Origin: Eledone cirrhosa
Taxonomy: Eukaryota
Assembly (NCBI GenBank): GCA_964016885.1
Contig: OZ024747.1
Coordinates: 13,392,001 to 13,456,000 of the forward strand
Reading direction: 5' to 3'
DNA: 64,000 nt
Each line of letters begins with the position of its first letter. The stretch's first letter is position 1. Both the position numbers and the translations under genes were made by a program. Positions 13,564 through 27,904 of this stretch are shown here, one piece after another. The notes below the pieces were generated by a model that saw only the letters and a program-made list of their open reading frames with translations, was not told where the DNA came from and did no database searches.

Positions 13564-14642
13564 AGTATTTATATTTACCTGAAAACTTTCGATCATACTT
13601 TTATATAAAGTGGTTTTAGTGGGGTAGAAGAAGGGTGTGGAGGAGGAAGACAAGGAGGAGTTAGCAATGGAAAGAAGAAAGAAGGATGGAACTTGATGGA
13701 TGATGAGGAAAGAAAGCCAATAGTGATACATATGAAAGAATAAACTGAAGACATTCAAAGCTAGCTATGCTCTAGCATGGCCACAACCCTGTGGCCGATA
13801 AAAGCGTACAAAACTATTTTCAAATGTTTATATTTATCTAAAAACTTTCCATCACAATTTTATGTGAGAACCTTTGTTAAGTGATGTTCCAATATACCAG
13901 CTTAATAATGAGAAAGTTGTTTCACTAAATCCCACCAAATATTTAATTATTTGAAAATCCTAGGCAGCGCCATACATTAGAAATATGATAATGAAAGGGT
14001 CAATTTTTTTGTATTCTCAGTTTTTTCCAAAATATGAAGTGCAAGATCTTTTAATAGTACAGTACCCATAAAGGATGGTGTTCCTGAAAAAAAAAGTTTT
14101 CGATTTTTGTTTGGAATAAAATAATGCTTACATCTTTCAAATAATTCTATTACCACATCTGTCGTTATAACTATAATTAACACTTCAAAAATTATTGGTA
14201 ATTAGAAATAAGGTAATGAAAATATTAATTACTACATTATCTGTAATATTGTTCCTCTATTTATTATTAGATATCTAAATGAGGTTGGGTGTGTTGGCAG
14301 AATCAGTAGAGCTTTGGAAGAACTCTTAGTAATATTTGCTTTGGTTCTTTACATTCCAAGTTGAATTCCTGCTGAGGTCAACGTTGTCTTTCATCATACT
14401 GAGGTCAATAAATTAAAGTACCAGTCAAGTATGGGTGTCAATATAATTGGCATTCACCTCCCCAACATTGCTGGCCTTATGCCTATGCTAGAATGAATTA
14501 TTACATATCTAAATGCTAAGGAAAAGTTCTATTATTTCCCATTGTTATATCTTCTCCCTGTAGGTTGTAATACTCCAATATCATTCAACAGATCAGTCAG
14601 AATTGTTCTATTTCTTTTTTATATTCTAATTTCATATTCTAG

Positions 14643-14771
14643 GCTCATCTCTTGAGTGTCTTTGATAACACAAAATCTGTACAGTTTGATGAGAAGTACT
14701 ATGATAAGATCCTGTCTATTAATTCACAAGAAGGAGAATGCATTGTCCTTGAAGAACCTGTTCATGCTCAG
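14643..14771 (+). CDS. DNAH5: Dynein heavy chain exon 5 ([13 protein letters not shown]...EEPVHAQ)
   Basis: tag|GCT ... CAG|gtaaac; 129 nt. Confidence 0.92.
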
Positions 14772-16444
14772 GTAAACAAATTTATCAGTTATTTAGACTA
14801 CTGTCTGTCTGTAAAATAGATAATCAATGATAGTATGGTAGCAAATAATAGTTGTTAGTATATCAGATTAAAAGCTTTATTTTTTGTTCTAGTACTCTTG
14901 TCAACTTTGTCTTTTATCATTTTGGAGTCAATAAATAAAATAAAGTATCTAATCAGGGTTGGTGGACTGGCAAAATAGTTAGTGTTGAGTGAAATGGTTT
15001 GTAGTATCTGTTCCAGCTCTGTGTGTTCCCAGTTCAAATCCTACCACCTGTCACTGGAAAAGCAGTGACACTCCTACCAGGCATTGCAAATGGCCAATAG
15101 TATCAGCAATGGAAACAAAATGACTGATGAGGTTTGGAAAGCTGGTACAATGCAGTAGAAATATATAAAGGGCAAAGATTAACAAATAAAACAAAACAAA
15201 ATAATGTTTTACCCAGTATATTTCAGGGCTATTAGCCTATTTTGAAATGTGAAATGAAAATAGTTAAAAAAACAAATGAATGATCAATATGTTCTTTCCT
15301 AACTGGTCTAAGTGTCTAAAATACACATGTGTGAGGCTGTTATATTAGCCAATCCACTAAGTTTATTTCCAAACTATTGTTTATTTAAAAGAAAAACAAC
15401 AACAACAAAAAGAATACAATGTAAACATAGTTTTCTTGGTCTGATTTGATGATCTTTCCTTTCCAACATAGTTTTGTCCATTTCTATTCTTATCAATGTA
15501 ATCAAAATAGATTTGTCAATAAGTATTAAATACAGTTTCCCTCACTCAAGATTAGTGATTCATAAATTGGTATTTTCCAGTAGATACAACTTCTGTAGCA
15601 ATGAAGACACATTTATTTGCCTCACTCATACAGTGGGAATGACTGAAATATCCTATTGTATTTTCAGGTCTTTTAAATCAAAATATTTTCACCAAAGATT
15701 CTAAAGAATCTTACTATATATTTACTTATTCTTGTAGGTTTTAGCAGCCACTTTTCTCGGTAATACATTGTTTATTAAAAATTAAAAAAAGCTATTTTTG
15801 GGAGACATTTAAGTTTCTGAGGTTTAAATGCAATATACTATTCAGCTAACAATATTATGTTTAAATATGCCATTTTCTCATGGTAGAAAAGTAAGTGAAA
15901 AGATGAAACAAACTACACACAATTTCATTTCATTGTCTATAATAATAAAACACCAAACTCTGAATAATTCTGTAACCAGATGGAGAAATGTATTAGCTAG
16001 GTATTATAATTAAATAAAAAAATTCATAAGCATTGTGAAATATGTGGTTAATATTGTTTGGGGAGTAAATGTACGATGTAAGTTAGAAATACAAGAGTGA
16101 AATCTTAAGTAGAATAAAGAAAAACAAAACTAAACATTTTTACCTTATATTTCATACTTTGAAATCTAAGCTAAAGATATCTAAGCTAAAAACAAAACAA
16201 AGAAACAAATTGTTTCTTTGTTTTGTTTTTCTTTACTTTAGTTTTTACTCTCTTTTTTTTTGTTGTTGTTGCAAATATCATAATTCATTTAAAATTTACT
16301 GAATAAAATTTGTATAAATTTATTCGTTTTCACTGATGTATCTTTAACTTGCATAATACCAGTTTTCACAAAACAATCCTTACCAAAAATATCATACTTA
16401 CTGCTGATATTTTCTAACATTACACATTTTTCATTTTATTGTAG

Positions 16445-16582
16445 GGCAATGTAGAAGTATGGTTGGGTGACCTACTGAGGATATCCCGGAGGTCAATGCA
16501 TGGAGTCATTCGGACTGCTGCTATGGCTATTACTGACCCAACATTTAAACTCCTTGAATTTGAAAATATGTTCCCGGCTCAG
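16445..16582 (+). CDS. DNAH5: Dynein heavy chain exon 6 (GNVEVWLGDLL...FPAQ)
   Basis: tag|GGC ... CAG|gtaaat; 138 nt. Confidence 0.93.
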
Positions 16583-16979
16583 GTAAATAATTTCTTTAAT
16601 GGTGACTTCTTTCATTTGTAGATTTTTTGACGACTGTACATCCCAGTATTTGATATACAGCTCTGGCCACAGACAGGGGTCGTATATGTTTGGTTGAAAG
16701 AGTGAAATTTTTTGTGTATTTTTCCTCCCTATTTTTAATCTCCCACCAATAACCAAATTGTCAAATTTCTTAGTGGGCAGTTATGATTATCATTTTTGAA
16801 CGGTTCATATTGCACTTCTTCAAAGTAATCCAGAGCTATTTTATTTTTTTAACCACATTTTTGGTTCTACATTCTGCAGTTAACTATAATATAGCTAGCC
16901 CTAGCCCCCCTCAGGTGCATCTTATTTATATATGTTCCCATACTCATACACAAATATTCATGCATACATATTTTTTCAG

Positions 16980-17204
16980 GTTGGTCTCCTTGGCCTGCAG
17001 ATGATCTGGACACTCAGCTCTGAATTTGCATTAACCAAAGCTCGTTCTGACAAGAAGATAATGTCTAACACAAATATGAAGTTTAGTGAAATTCTTAATG
17101 AGCTGATTGATGTCACAACAACAGACCTGACAAAAATGGAAAGAACTAAGTTTGAAACACTTGTCACCATCCATGTCCATCAGAAAGATATCTTTGAAGA
17201 TTTG
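16980..17204 (+). CDS. DNAH5: Dynein heavy chain exon 7 ([11 protein letters not shown]...[17 protein letters not shown])
   Basis: cag|GTT ... TTG|gtatgt; 225 nt. Confidence 0.95.
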
Positions 17205-17331
17205 GTATGTTTTCCAACTGTGGTGGTTGCTATATTTTAGGATCAAGTGAACTGGTCTTGTTAAGTTGTTTCCTTTTGTAACTTCTCGTAAATACTATAG
17301 ATGTCAAATTGGCAGTCGTTAGAATGTCAGA

Positions 17332-17547
17332 TTAACCCTTTAGCATTTACATTACTCTATATTTACTATTATATTTTCATGGTAAAGGCTTTAACTCACA
17401 TAATATCAAATCTATGAGATTCTGATATTATTTATTTTGAGAATAATAGCTTAACATCAGTAAGAGTGGCCGGTTATAGCCAGTTTGAACAGAAAGAAGT
17501 GAGAGAATTCTGGCCGAATACAGCTGGTTTAAATGCTAAAGGGTTAA
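17332..17547. mobile_element. TTAA-flanked MITE (piggyBac-like), inserted into a decayed SINE A
   Basis: Perfect terminal inverted repeats CCCTTTAGCATTTA/TAAATGCTAAAGGG with TTAA on both sides. Confidence 0.82.
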
Positions 17548-17684
17548 ATGCCTAAAGATTTGTTCTGGGTCTCTGTGTTATGTGTTTAAATATAAATGAT
17601 ATTAAAATTATAAACTCAAATTTTCTTTCAAATTAGTTCTCATAATGTCTGGTTACTCGAATGTGTGTTTGTGTGTAAACTTAC

Positions 17685-18101
17685 ATGTATATGTGTGTTT
17701 ATATGATGTAGTTTATGTACATAAGACTATATATATATATGTGTGTTTACTTGTAGTTTATGTACATAAGAATATATATATATATATGTGTGTGTTTATA
17801 TGATGTAGTTTATGTACATAAGAATATATGTATATATATGTGTGTGTTTATATGATGTAGTTTATGTACATAAGAATATATGTATATATATATGTGTCTA
17901 TGTTTATATGATGTAGTTTATGTACATAAGAATATATGTATATATATATGTGTGTGTGTTTATATGATGTAGTTTATGTACATAAGAATATATATATATA
18001 TATATGTGTGTGTGTTTATATGATGTAGTTTATGTACATAAGAATATATGTATATATATATGTGTGTGTGTGTTTATATGATGTAGTTTATGTACATAAG
18101 A

Positions 18102-18181
<80 letters not shown>

Positions 18182-18379
18182 TTATATGATGTAGTTTATG
18201 TACATAAGAATATATGTATATATATATGTGTGTGTGTTTATATGATGTAGTTTATGTACATAAGAATATATGTATATATATATGTGTGTGTGTTTATATG
18301 ATGTAGTTTATGTACATAAGAATATATGTATATATATATATGTGTGTGTGTTTATATGATGTAGTTTATGTACATAAGA

Positions 18380-18425
<46 letters not shown>

Positions 18426-18454
18426 TTATATGATGTAGTTTATGTACATAAGAA

Positions 18455-18537
<83 letters not shown>

Positions 18538-18594
18538 TTATATGATGTAGTTTATGTACATAAGAATATATGTATATATATATATATATATATG
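17685..18594. repeat. Compound minisatellite: 14 copies of GTAGTTTATGTACATAAG joined by variable (TA)n(TG)n
   Basis: Direct count of core copies. Confidence 0.93.
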
Positions 18595-18614
18595 TTACTT
18601 ATTTCAAATCTTAG

Positions 18615-18787
18615 GTTCGAATGCATATTCGGTCTGTGAATGACTTTGAGTGGTTAAAGCAATCTCGATTTTACTTCAAAGAAGACACTGACCAATGCTT
18701 AATCTCAATCACAGATGTGAACTTCAAATACATGAATGAGTTTCTTGGTTGCACAGACCGTCTGGTCATTACCCCACTGACCGACAG
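18615..18787 (+). CDS. DNAH5: Dynein heavy chain exon 8 ([21 protein letters not shown]...[17 protein letters not shown])
   Basis: tag|GTT ... AG|gtaagg; 173 nt; [10 protein letters not shown] motif. Confidence 0.95.
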
Positions 18788-19939
18788 GTAAGGACTTTCA
18801 CTCACAACCATACTGCCATATTTTGGTAAAGGTTATAAACTGTCTTCATAAAAAAAAGAATGGTATGTATGATTGATAAACACACCTCATATATTACTAG
18901 TACTTTTTTTTATCTATTTCAAGAATTTACTATAAAACATAAAGAATTGACCTAGCTATGTAAGACATCTGTATCACCTTTTCCATCTACAATGATAAAA
19001 ACATTGTAAAAAATATCTTAGCTAAATATATCCAACAACAATAAGTATTTAAAGGCCATTTTTCCTACAGAGGTTAGCTTTGTGGGTTCCATGACAAACT
19101 TCATATTGATCATGGGATATTTTCTGGTGCAATGTTTTACTGCTGGATACTTTTCCTGACACCAACACTTTTTGTTGCCTCTTATGATGCAGGGATTTAA
19201 TATACATATTCTAAACCAGACACACACAGGAGCTTCTCAAATACTAATGAATATTTATCGTCAATAGATATTGTCTGCAGGTTGAATACCATGGCTTCCC
19301 ATCTCAGTCTTTTTTATGTATATTTGCTGTATTTTAAGTCTGTATGAGATGCAATTCTTGGTTTTCCTTTTTCTCTTTTCCCTTTCATTTTATTTCCTAT
19401 TATCTCTTTTAATACCAACTTGCCCCAAACTGCCTTTTGTTCTACAAACCAAGACCACTCATTTTATAGGCTTCTTATTTAAATTTTAACTTTCCAATGT
19501 AAGAACCTTTTGTTAAATTACATTCCAAATACTATTGTAAAAATGAATGAATTAATCATTTTGGTAAATCCCTTCAAATTCTTCATTAGTTAATTCAAAT
19601 ACAGTGTATTTCATGAGAAATACAGTAATGAAAGTCTTGGTAAAACATTTATTTCCTTATTAATGTTGAAAATATTTTAGTTTTCTCTCATCATAAACAT
19701 TTAACATCCACTTTCCCTGGTAGCAAAGGTTAGCACTCAAAGCAGAGTTGCTAATCCCATAGTAGGCCAGGAGTAACCTTGCTTATATATGTTCCTGCAC
19801 TCTACCCAATGCATTTTATCATAAAACCAGCACTAGTGACATTTTCATGTCTTTAACACATCTGAAGAGTCCTCTTCTTATAGAATTTGGTGCCTAGCAG
19901 AATTTTCTGAACCTTTGCCATTCTTAGTACTTCATCAAT

Positions 19940-20212
19940 GGGTATGTGTCCTGTCTATATGTCTGTTCTATGTCCTTTCTTTGTATGCCTGCTCTATATG
20001 CCCACTCTATATGGTAACTCTGTTTGCTTGTTCTATAAGCTAACTCTGTATGCTTGCTCTATGTGCCCACTCTGTATGCCTGCTCTATATGCCAACACTA
20101 TATGCCTGCTCTATATGCCAACACTATATGCCTGCTCTATATGCCAACACTATATGCCTGCTCTATATGCCAACACTATATGCCTGCTCTATATGCCTGC
20201 TCTATATGCCCA
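19940..20212. repeat. 13/26-bp tandem repeat (TATGCCTGCTCTA/TATGCCAACACTA)
   Basis: Homogeneous at about 20075-20210, decayed upstream. Confidence 0.85.
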
Positions 20213-20392
20213 CATCTCAAAGGCTTTTAATCTATATGATGTTGCAACTGGAAAGGTTTCAATTGTTTAGGTGTTTTAATGCTGAAGCAAATGTCTCTGA
20301 CACAAAAATAAAGGGATAGCTATGTAAATTCTATCCTATTTAAAAATATTTCATTAGTGACTATGCATCAGAGTAGTAGGCACTCTCAGTAG

Positions 20393-20632
<240 letters not shown>

Positions 20633-21296
20633 TAAGTGTTATAGTGAAGTAATATATAAATTGATTAATTTAAATGCTATGGAAATGAATGAAAATTTTA
20701 TATAATTTTATGAAATTCCCCATTCAATGTGTTTGCCTTTCAAATATCCATATTTGTCAGCAGTTAATACTTATAATGAATGTTGAAACTGGATATATAA
20801 GAGTTGTGAGAGTTACTTTTGCTTAACTATCTTTCTTAGAAATGTCTAGGTCAAAATAATTTCAAAGGCTTCTATGTATATAGCATTGTATTGATCTAAA
20901 ATCCTTATTATATATATAATAGAGCAGTATGTTTGTTCCCACACTAAGCTGTTTATCCTCTGTTTAATCTGTTGTGTCCACTTTGACATGCTCATTTGTA
21001 TTCACAACATACAATTTCTGTCAATTCACTGAGGGGAGGGTGGCTGGGCTATACGTAATCTAAATCTATAACTTATACATAATTATTACATAAGTATGTA
21101 TATTGTCATACAACATGATTTGTGGCATAGTTACAGTGCTTTACATTCTGAGTTCAAATCCTGCCAAGGTTAGCTTTGCCTTTCATCTTTACGGGGTTGA
21201 TAAAATAAAGTACCAGTAATGTACTGGGATCGATTTAATCGACTTTCCCCGCTCTCCTTCAAATTGCTGGCCTTGTGCCTAAAGTAGAAACAATTG

Positions 21297-21330
<34 letters not shown>

Positions 21331-21570
21331 TTATCATCATCATCATCATTTAACGTTTATCTTTCATGCTAGCATGGGTTAGACAGGAATTGTCCCACTT
21401 GAGGCAAGATTGATCGGATGACTGTGTCTCACTCGTATAGGACTGTATCTGATATATATGGTCTGTAGCTCTGCCTGAGTACTGACTCAGTCTGTGAAGA
21501 CTCATCCAACCCTTGTTAGCAGTCAAGACATACATTGAAAGATGATAAAGATAATATATATATATGAAAT

Positions 21571-21911
21571 GGAGGCACATGGCTTAGTGGTTAGAGCATT
21601 GGCCTTGCAATCGAAAGGTTGCGAGTTCAATTCTCAGACCGGGTGATGTGTTGTTTCCTTGAGCAAGACACTTTATTTCACATTGCTCCAGTTTACTCAG
21701 CTGTAGAAATGAGATGATAGGGACTGGGGTCCCTATCATTCCACTGCAAAGTGGTCGTGGAGGTGCCACGGCAAAAAAGCACCCAGCACTCACTGTAAAT
21801 GAGGTTGGTGTTAGGAAGGGCATCCAGCTGTAGAAATCAAGCCAGCATCAGTTTCCGTCCCACCCTTGCAAGCAGGGAAAAGCGGACGTAAAATGATGAT
21901 GATGATGATGA
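21571..21911 (+). mobile_element. SINE family B copy
   Basis: Near-identical to 5292-5634. Confidence 0.87.
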
Positions 21912-22367
21912 TTTATATATAAACGTCCATGAAATCAATTCATTTTATATCACATCAAATATCTATTATATGTGAACTGTGATGACAGTTTATTTCAAAT
22001 TTGAAGAATATAGTGTGTCATGTTTATTAACTTTGATAGAATTCTGGTTCTATTGAAAGGTAAACAGTTATATTAATCTTATTTTTAGATGTGGCTTGAC
22101 GTTTGAATTTAAGAATAGTCATAAAATATTAAACTTAAAAATATATTCTTTTATTCTTTTAATGGTTTCAGTCATTAGACTGTGGCCATGCTGTGGCAGC
22201 ACCTTCAAGGAATTGAGTGGATTATATTGACTTCAGTGCTGAAGATTAAAACATGTAAAAGTTATTCCCATAATTCTTGGTTACTATCCTTTTACTGGTT
22301 TCAAACTTAGGACTCTGGCCATGTTGAGGTTCTTCCTTTAAAGGTTTTAGTCAATTGTTGCCTAAAT

Positions 22368-22405
<38 letters not shown>

Positions 22406-22558
22406 TTCTGCTGGACACTACCAAAGAGCGATAGCCCCGGTGTTTTGCATAGCTACGGCTTTCTAAATGCTTATCTATAAACATACCGTATTTTATTAGA
22501 AATACAAAATTTCAATACATATCTGTATACAGCTATGCTTGAAGTTAAATCTTAATTC

Positions 22559-22607
<49 letters not shown>

Positions 22608-23043
22608 AATATGGATGAGGTGTCAAATTTTCCATTGAGGTGTGACATGCATTTTGTGATTAATCAGCTCAAGGTTCAATCTGCATCAATCAGGCCTGAC
22701 TCTGGAATCAAAAGCTCATCAGACTTCTATTAGTGCAATCCTTAAACTATATATATATATATATATATCAGTTCCTGTACGAGCAAGACAAGGTCAGCCG
22801 ACTGGACACTGCCCACAACAGGACGACCCGTCTAACCCATGCTAGCGTGGAAGAACAGACGTAAAACGATGATGATAATGATGATATATTTATATAGTGT
22901 GTAGGTGTGTGCGTACTTCGTCATCATTTCCCTCATCATTGATCTTGTTTTCACTTTTCCAAGCTGGCATATATTGGACAGGACTTTTTAGGCGTCTTTA
23001 CTGATACTAAACATTTTGGTTGCTTCTTTCAGAGACACAGTGT

Positions 23044-23450
23044 CATCATCATCATCATCATCATCAACGTTTAACGTCCGTGTTCCACGCTTGCATGGGT
23101 TTGGACGGGGGTTTTCCCACTTGAGGCAAGAGTGATTGTCTTGCTCGCATAGGACTGTCTGGCGGGTTTTCTACAGCTGGATGCCCTTCCTAACACCAAC
23201 CACATTTACAGTGTGGGGCTGGGAGGTTTTTACCGTGTTGCCTACACGGCCACATTACAGTGTGGACTGTCTGGCGGGTTTTCTACAGCTGGATGCCCTT
23301 CTTAACACCAACCACATTTACAGTGTGGGGCTGGGAGGTTTTTACCGTGTTGCCTACACGGCCACATTACAGTGTGGACTGTGTGTTTTTTTTTGTCGTG
23401 ACACCTACACGATCTCATTTGTTTCGGCCTGGATGTTGTGGCACCAAGAG
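23044..23450 (-). mobile_element. SINE family D with (GAT)n tail and internal tandem duplication; relatives at 10917-11197 and 44701-44926
   Basis: Shared block CTACAGCTGGATGCCCTTCCTAACACCAACC and tail GGACGTTAAACG(ATG)n. Confidence 0.75.
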
Positions 23451-23766
23451 TGTATCTATTCTAAATTAGACACATATGTGTACACACTCACACACATACA
23501 TATAAATAAGTAATTACTGCATATAGCTTTCTTAATTGCAAAACCAGTCAGTAATTAATTAACTCTTTTATAGTCTGCAGCTCATAGCTGCTTCTAACAT
23601 CATAAAATGGCTATTTCTTCTGCTTTATGCAAGTAATAATTGTTCTTGCTGTATATCCACTTACAAATCAGTTTAGTTGGAAATAAAGCTGGCATACTAT
23701 TCACACACACACATACATATGTATGCACGTACATACATACATACATCATACATATATACAACATAC

Positions 23767-24375
23767 ATGGTGGCTGCCAACTCGTTTTCGAGTACGGCCA
23801 CTACTTTATATCCATGTAGGAGAACCCCTACCGATGCGCTGAACAAGTGTGACTTTTTAGTCCAGCCAGCAACTTGAAAACTCTGGTACAAACACTACAC
23901 TTGTGACAGTTATTGACACATAGTGCTGGGCCCATGGTACCATGTGATGACAAGTGCAGAGAGATCTCCAGATATAAAGCAATGCCTGTGCCGTGAAGCT
24001 TTTATAGTGAGCAAAGACACTGCACAAAGCCAGTCCCACTCTCTTAACCAAGATGATATTTACCAAAAAGAAGAACAAGTCAACATCATTGGATACCATC
24101 AGGGTTGCAGGTGTTATATCAGACTTTTCCTTCTAGAATTCTGCCTTGACAAAGGCTAAGGGGTCATCTCTCCCGGTGATTTTGGATGGCCATTGACTCT
24201 TAAGAGCTCCTTTGCCCTTTGACAGGTTTTGTTTTTAGTCCTGCAGGATGTCTAAAGTCACCCTCCTCACCAAGAAAACTTTGTGGGGTTGCCAGTTTAG
24301 TCGCCAACGACCCAACCATGGGACAGGTTGTACTGGGATACATGTTACCAGTAGCACCAACTGGTGACCTGACAT
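23767..24375 (-). mobile_element. Family C copy
   Basis: Reverse complement of 6296-6898. Confidence 0.8.
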
Positions 24376-24696
24376 AACATATATACATACATAAATACAT
24401 ACATACTTGATGATGATGGCAGCAACTTAATTTTGAGTAATGCCGTCGCTTGATACTATGCATAAGAATCATGGACGTGGCTTTTTAGTCCAGCTAGGGA
24501 CTTGCCTATGTCCAGCAATACCATGCATCGCAAAAAATGTCACATATCAAGCGATGCCTGTTCTTGAAGCTTTTTTAAGTGGGGAAAGGCTTTGCACAGG
24601 GGCAATCCCACTCTCTAAACATTATACATACATACATCAGAAAGGATTAAGTGTGTCTCTCTTTCTCATACACTATAGCCATTATCTTTATTCCAG

Positions 24697-24884
24697 GTTT
24701 GGCCCAATCAGGTTCTTGGGGTTGTTTTGATGAATTCAACCGGATAGAGCTGCCTGTACTCTCAGTAGCAGCTCAACAGATTGCCATTATACTTACATGT
24801 AAAAAGGAAAGAAAACCCCAGTTTATATTTACTGATGGAGACACTGTGGATATGGATCCTGAATTTGGATTGTTCCTCACAATG
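24697..24884 (+). CDS. DNAH5: Dynein heavy chain exon 10, AAA1 Walker B ([19 protein letters not shown]...FLTM)
   Basis: cag|GT ... ATG|gtaaac; 188 nt. Confidence 0.97.
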
Positions 24885-24959
24885 GTAAACATTTTCAGCT
24901 TTATTTTTATTCTTGAAAGCCTTCAATACAATTTCTGTTAGAATAGGTAAAGCTTACAA

Positions 24960-25280
24960 GTGTTCCACACCTGCCAGCTTCAGCCATGATGATGGCAAAC
25001 ACCCACACAGGATAACTCTTTGCCTATTCTTGTGGTGAATGCCATATGCTGCAACACGTCCACCATCTCCAGCCTTGTTCCTTCAGTCACAAACCTGGGC
25101 TCAGCTACCCATAATGCAAAGGAGCAGAAGATATCCAAATACTGGGGCTTGACCGATGGCTTACTTTTCATGCTGATCACTGTCAAGACCTTTGATGTCT
25201 TTGGTCCTCAAACTGCCACTTTCCTCTACAAAATTGGCCATAGAAAACTAGTGGTCACTTGACATGACAGCCTGTCTTAT
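24960..25280 (+). pseudogene. CRE-like non-LTR retrotransposon relic (restriction-like endonuclease)
   Basis: Degenerate DGKxPxxITL...KEQKISKY...VKTFDVFGP...FLYKIG resembles the PD-(D/E)xK RLE C-terminus. Confidence 0.55.
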
Positions 25281-25387
25281 CCATTCAAGCATAGAAAATA
25301 AATGTTAAATTGTGATGATGATGATGATGATGATGATGACTAAATGAATTACTAACTTTTCTTGTTTGTTATCTCTTTGATTCACAG

Positions 25388-25582
25388 AATCCTGGCTATG
25401 CTGGCCGACAGGAACTTCCAGAGAACCTCAAAATAAACTTCCGAACTGTTGCCATGATGGTGCCAGACAGAGCCATCATTATGCGTGTGAAACTTGCCAG
25501 CTGTGGTTTTCAACAGAATGTGATGCTGGCTAAGAAGTTCTACACTCTTTACAAACTGTGTGAAGAGCAACTCACTAAACAG
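25388..25582 (+). CDS. DNAH5: Dynein heavy chain exon 11 ([15 protein letters not shown]...CEEQLTKQ)
   Basis: cag|AAT ... CAG|gtataa; 195 nt. Confidence 0.96.
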
Positions 25583-26529
25583 GTATAACTGGTTGCTGGT
25601 GATGTTGTTTAGACCTAGGTCAACTCAGATCTATGTTCCAACATAGATCACCCTGATTTTTTATCCAGGCATATCATATCTAGAATCTAATATTGAATGA
25701 GTGAGAGATTCAATGTGGGTTACTGTGAGATCTTGGTGAAGTGTGGTATACACACAGGGTATGTGGTATATACTCTATAATGCATGTATATCAAATGCAA
25801 TGTTCATGGAAGCTAAACATGGGCAGCGAATGCAGAGGATATGTGGAGACTGGAGCGAAATGAACTGAGCATGCTTCAGTGGATGTGTAATGCATGAATT
25901 CAAAGTATGGATGGGCTGAGTAAAAAGCTGGCTATAAGAGGAATCAAATGTAATGCACAAAATTTACAGATTAACCATTTCATTACCATATTCCTAATCA
26001 AAGACACTGTCTAAGGTTTTTAAATAATTTAGAAAATAATTAAAAATTTGAAGGGATTTAATAATATAACTAACTTTCTCATTCTCAAGGTAGTGTTTGG
26101 AACATAACAAAAGTTTTTAGATAAAATTATGCTGGAAGGTTTTTAGGTGAACAGTAAGGGCATCTGGCTGTAAAAACCTAGGCAAAAGGCATCGTCTCCT
26201 AATTGGTCTAGTTTCAGAACATGATAACATCTATTTTGCATACTTGCATGGATTAGGTGTGTTAACAAGGATGATGTTGATAATGATATTGGTGGTGGTG
26301 GTGATGATGATGATAAATAATTTAAAATAAACAGCTTGTACCATATAAGCAAGAGCAGTGGGGAGTCAAAAAAGGTTAAAATATATTTAAAAAAAAAAAA
26401 AATCAAACCAAATTATTGCCATAAACCATATCTTCCATTTTATCAGACCATTTTTATGCTGAGTCAAAAGAAACATGTATATATTGATGTTTTTGTAGTC
26501 AAACTAATCAAATCTTTACTCTTTTACAG

Positions 26530-26664
26530 GTTCACTATGACTTTGGTCTGCGGAACATTTTATCCGTGTTGAGAACACTGGGTGCTTTTAAACGGTCAAA
26601 CTGCCAAGACAGTGAATCAACAATTGTAATGAGAGTTCTGAGAGACATGAATCTATCCAAACTG
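26530..26664 (+). CDS. DNAH5: Dynein heavy chain exon 12 ([15 protein letters not shown]...RDMNLSKL)
   Basis: cag|GTT ... CTG|gtatgt; 135 nt. Confidence 0.96.
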
Positions 26665-27904
26665 GTATGTTTATTTTGGTATCAGCGCACCTCATAATTA
26701 GTCAATCTTTTATCTATATTATTGATTTTATTGTTGTGTATATCGTTTCAATGTGAACTCTTTCTGTGTGTATCCCAATTTTTAGAATAGATACACCGTA
26801 TCCCTGCATATGCTGAGGTCAACTTTGCTTTTCATCCATTCAAGGTCAATAAAAAAAGTACCAGTCAAGTACTGGGGTCAATTCTTCCTCTATATTTCTT
26901 TCTCGCTTCCATTCTCTCACTATTTCTATCCTTCTCATAAAGAAATCTGCTGCATTCAGACCTAAAAAGGATTGAGCTGCACCAAGTTCAAAAATGCCCT
27001 AGAAATGCTGTATGTCAATACAGAACCCCTATGACTCCCTTGGGAGTTACAGGGCCATTCATCCCTGCATATTATAAGAGGCAACAATAAGTGTTGGCAC
27101 CCAGAAGGGCATCTGGTTTTAAGACATTGCCTAGAAACTGTCCCGTCCAACACATGCCAGCATGGAAAAGTGAATTTACAATAAAGATGATCATCTTCAT
27201 TAAAGAATGACATCTATGTCAGCTTGAAAGAGGTGTAAACCACTGAATCATAGACCACTAAATACATCTTGCATCTCTGTGTGGGTGTGCATGAATTATA
27301 AATTCTTCTATTGGTTTCAGTTGGTAGACTGCAGTCATGTTGTGGTACAGCCTTGAATGAAATTAGTCAATCATATCAACACCTGCACTGATTTCTTCAA
27401 GTCTGGTACTCTTTTTGTTGAGTCGCTAAGTTACGGGACATAAACAGACAGTAAATGTAAACATACACACACATACATACACCCGTATACACACGCACAC
27501 GCACACACACACACACATATACACACACACATACACAATCGTAATGACTGGTGACTTGGCATGTTAGAAAAGACCATGTCATTAGTATAAGCAGTGTGAT
27601 GCTAAAAGTAAATGCAGAGAGAGATTGGAGACTGTATAGTGTGTAGTGATGATGCCACAATAAAATGCATTCAGTTCACTCTGTAAAATGGTTGGTGTTA
27701 GGAAGGACAACCAGTGATAGAGGAGATCACACCAAAATATGTTACATATGAGCAAGATATGGTTATCTAGCCTGCCTTGTCTCAAAGTGATGCATAAATA
27801 GATATAAATATACACACATAATGAATAGAGGGGATGTAGACTCTGCACGTTGCAGGAAACCTGTCTAGTATAGTAACTCTCATTAAAAAAACTGATACAG
27901 AGTT

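Noticed and set aside
17685-18594. CRISPR-like repeat-spacer array
   Set aside because: The spacers are only TA/TG microsatellite, the context is a eukaryotic intron, and there are no cas genes.
22600-22740. Minus-strand CTGATGAG in a two-copy repeat (relative near 48780-48915)
   Set aside because: No GAAA or stem III follows, and the core is not kept in the second copy.
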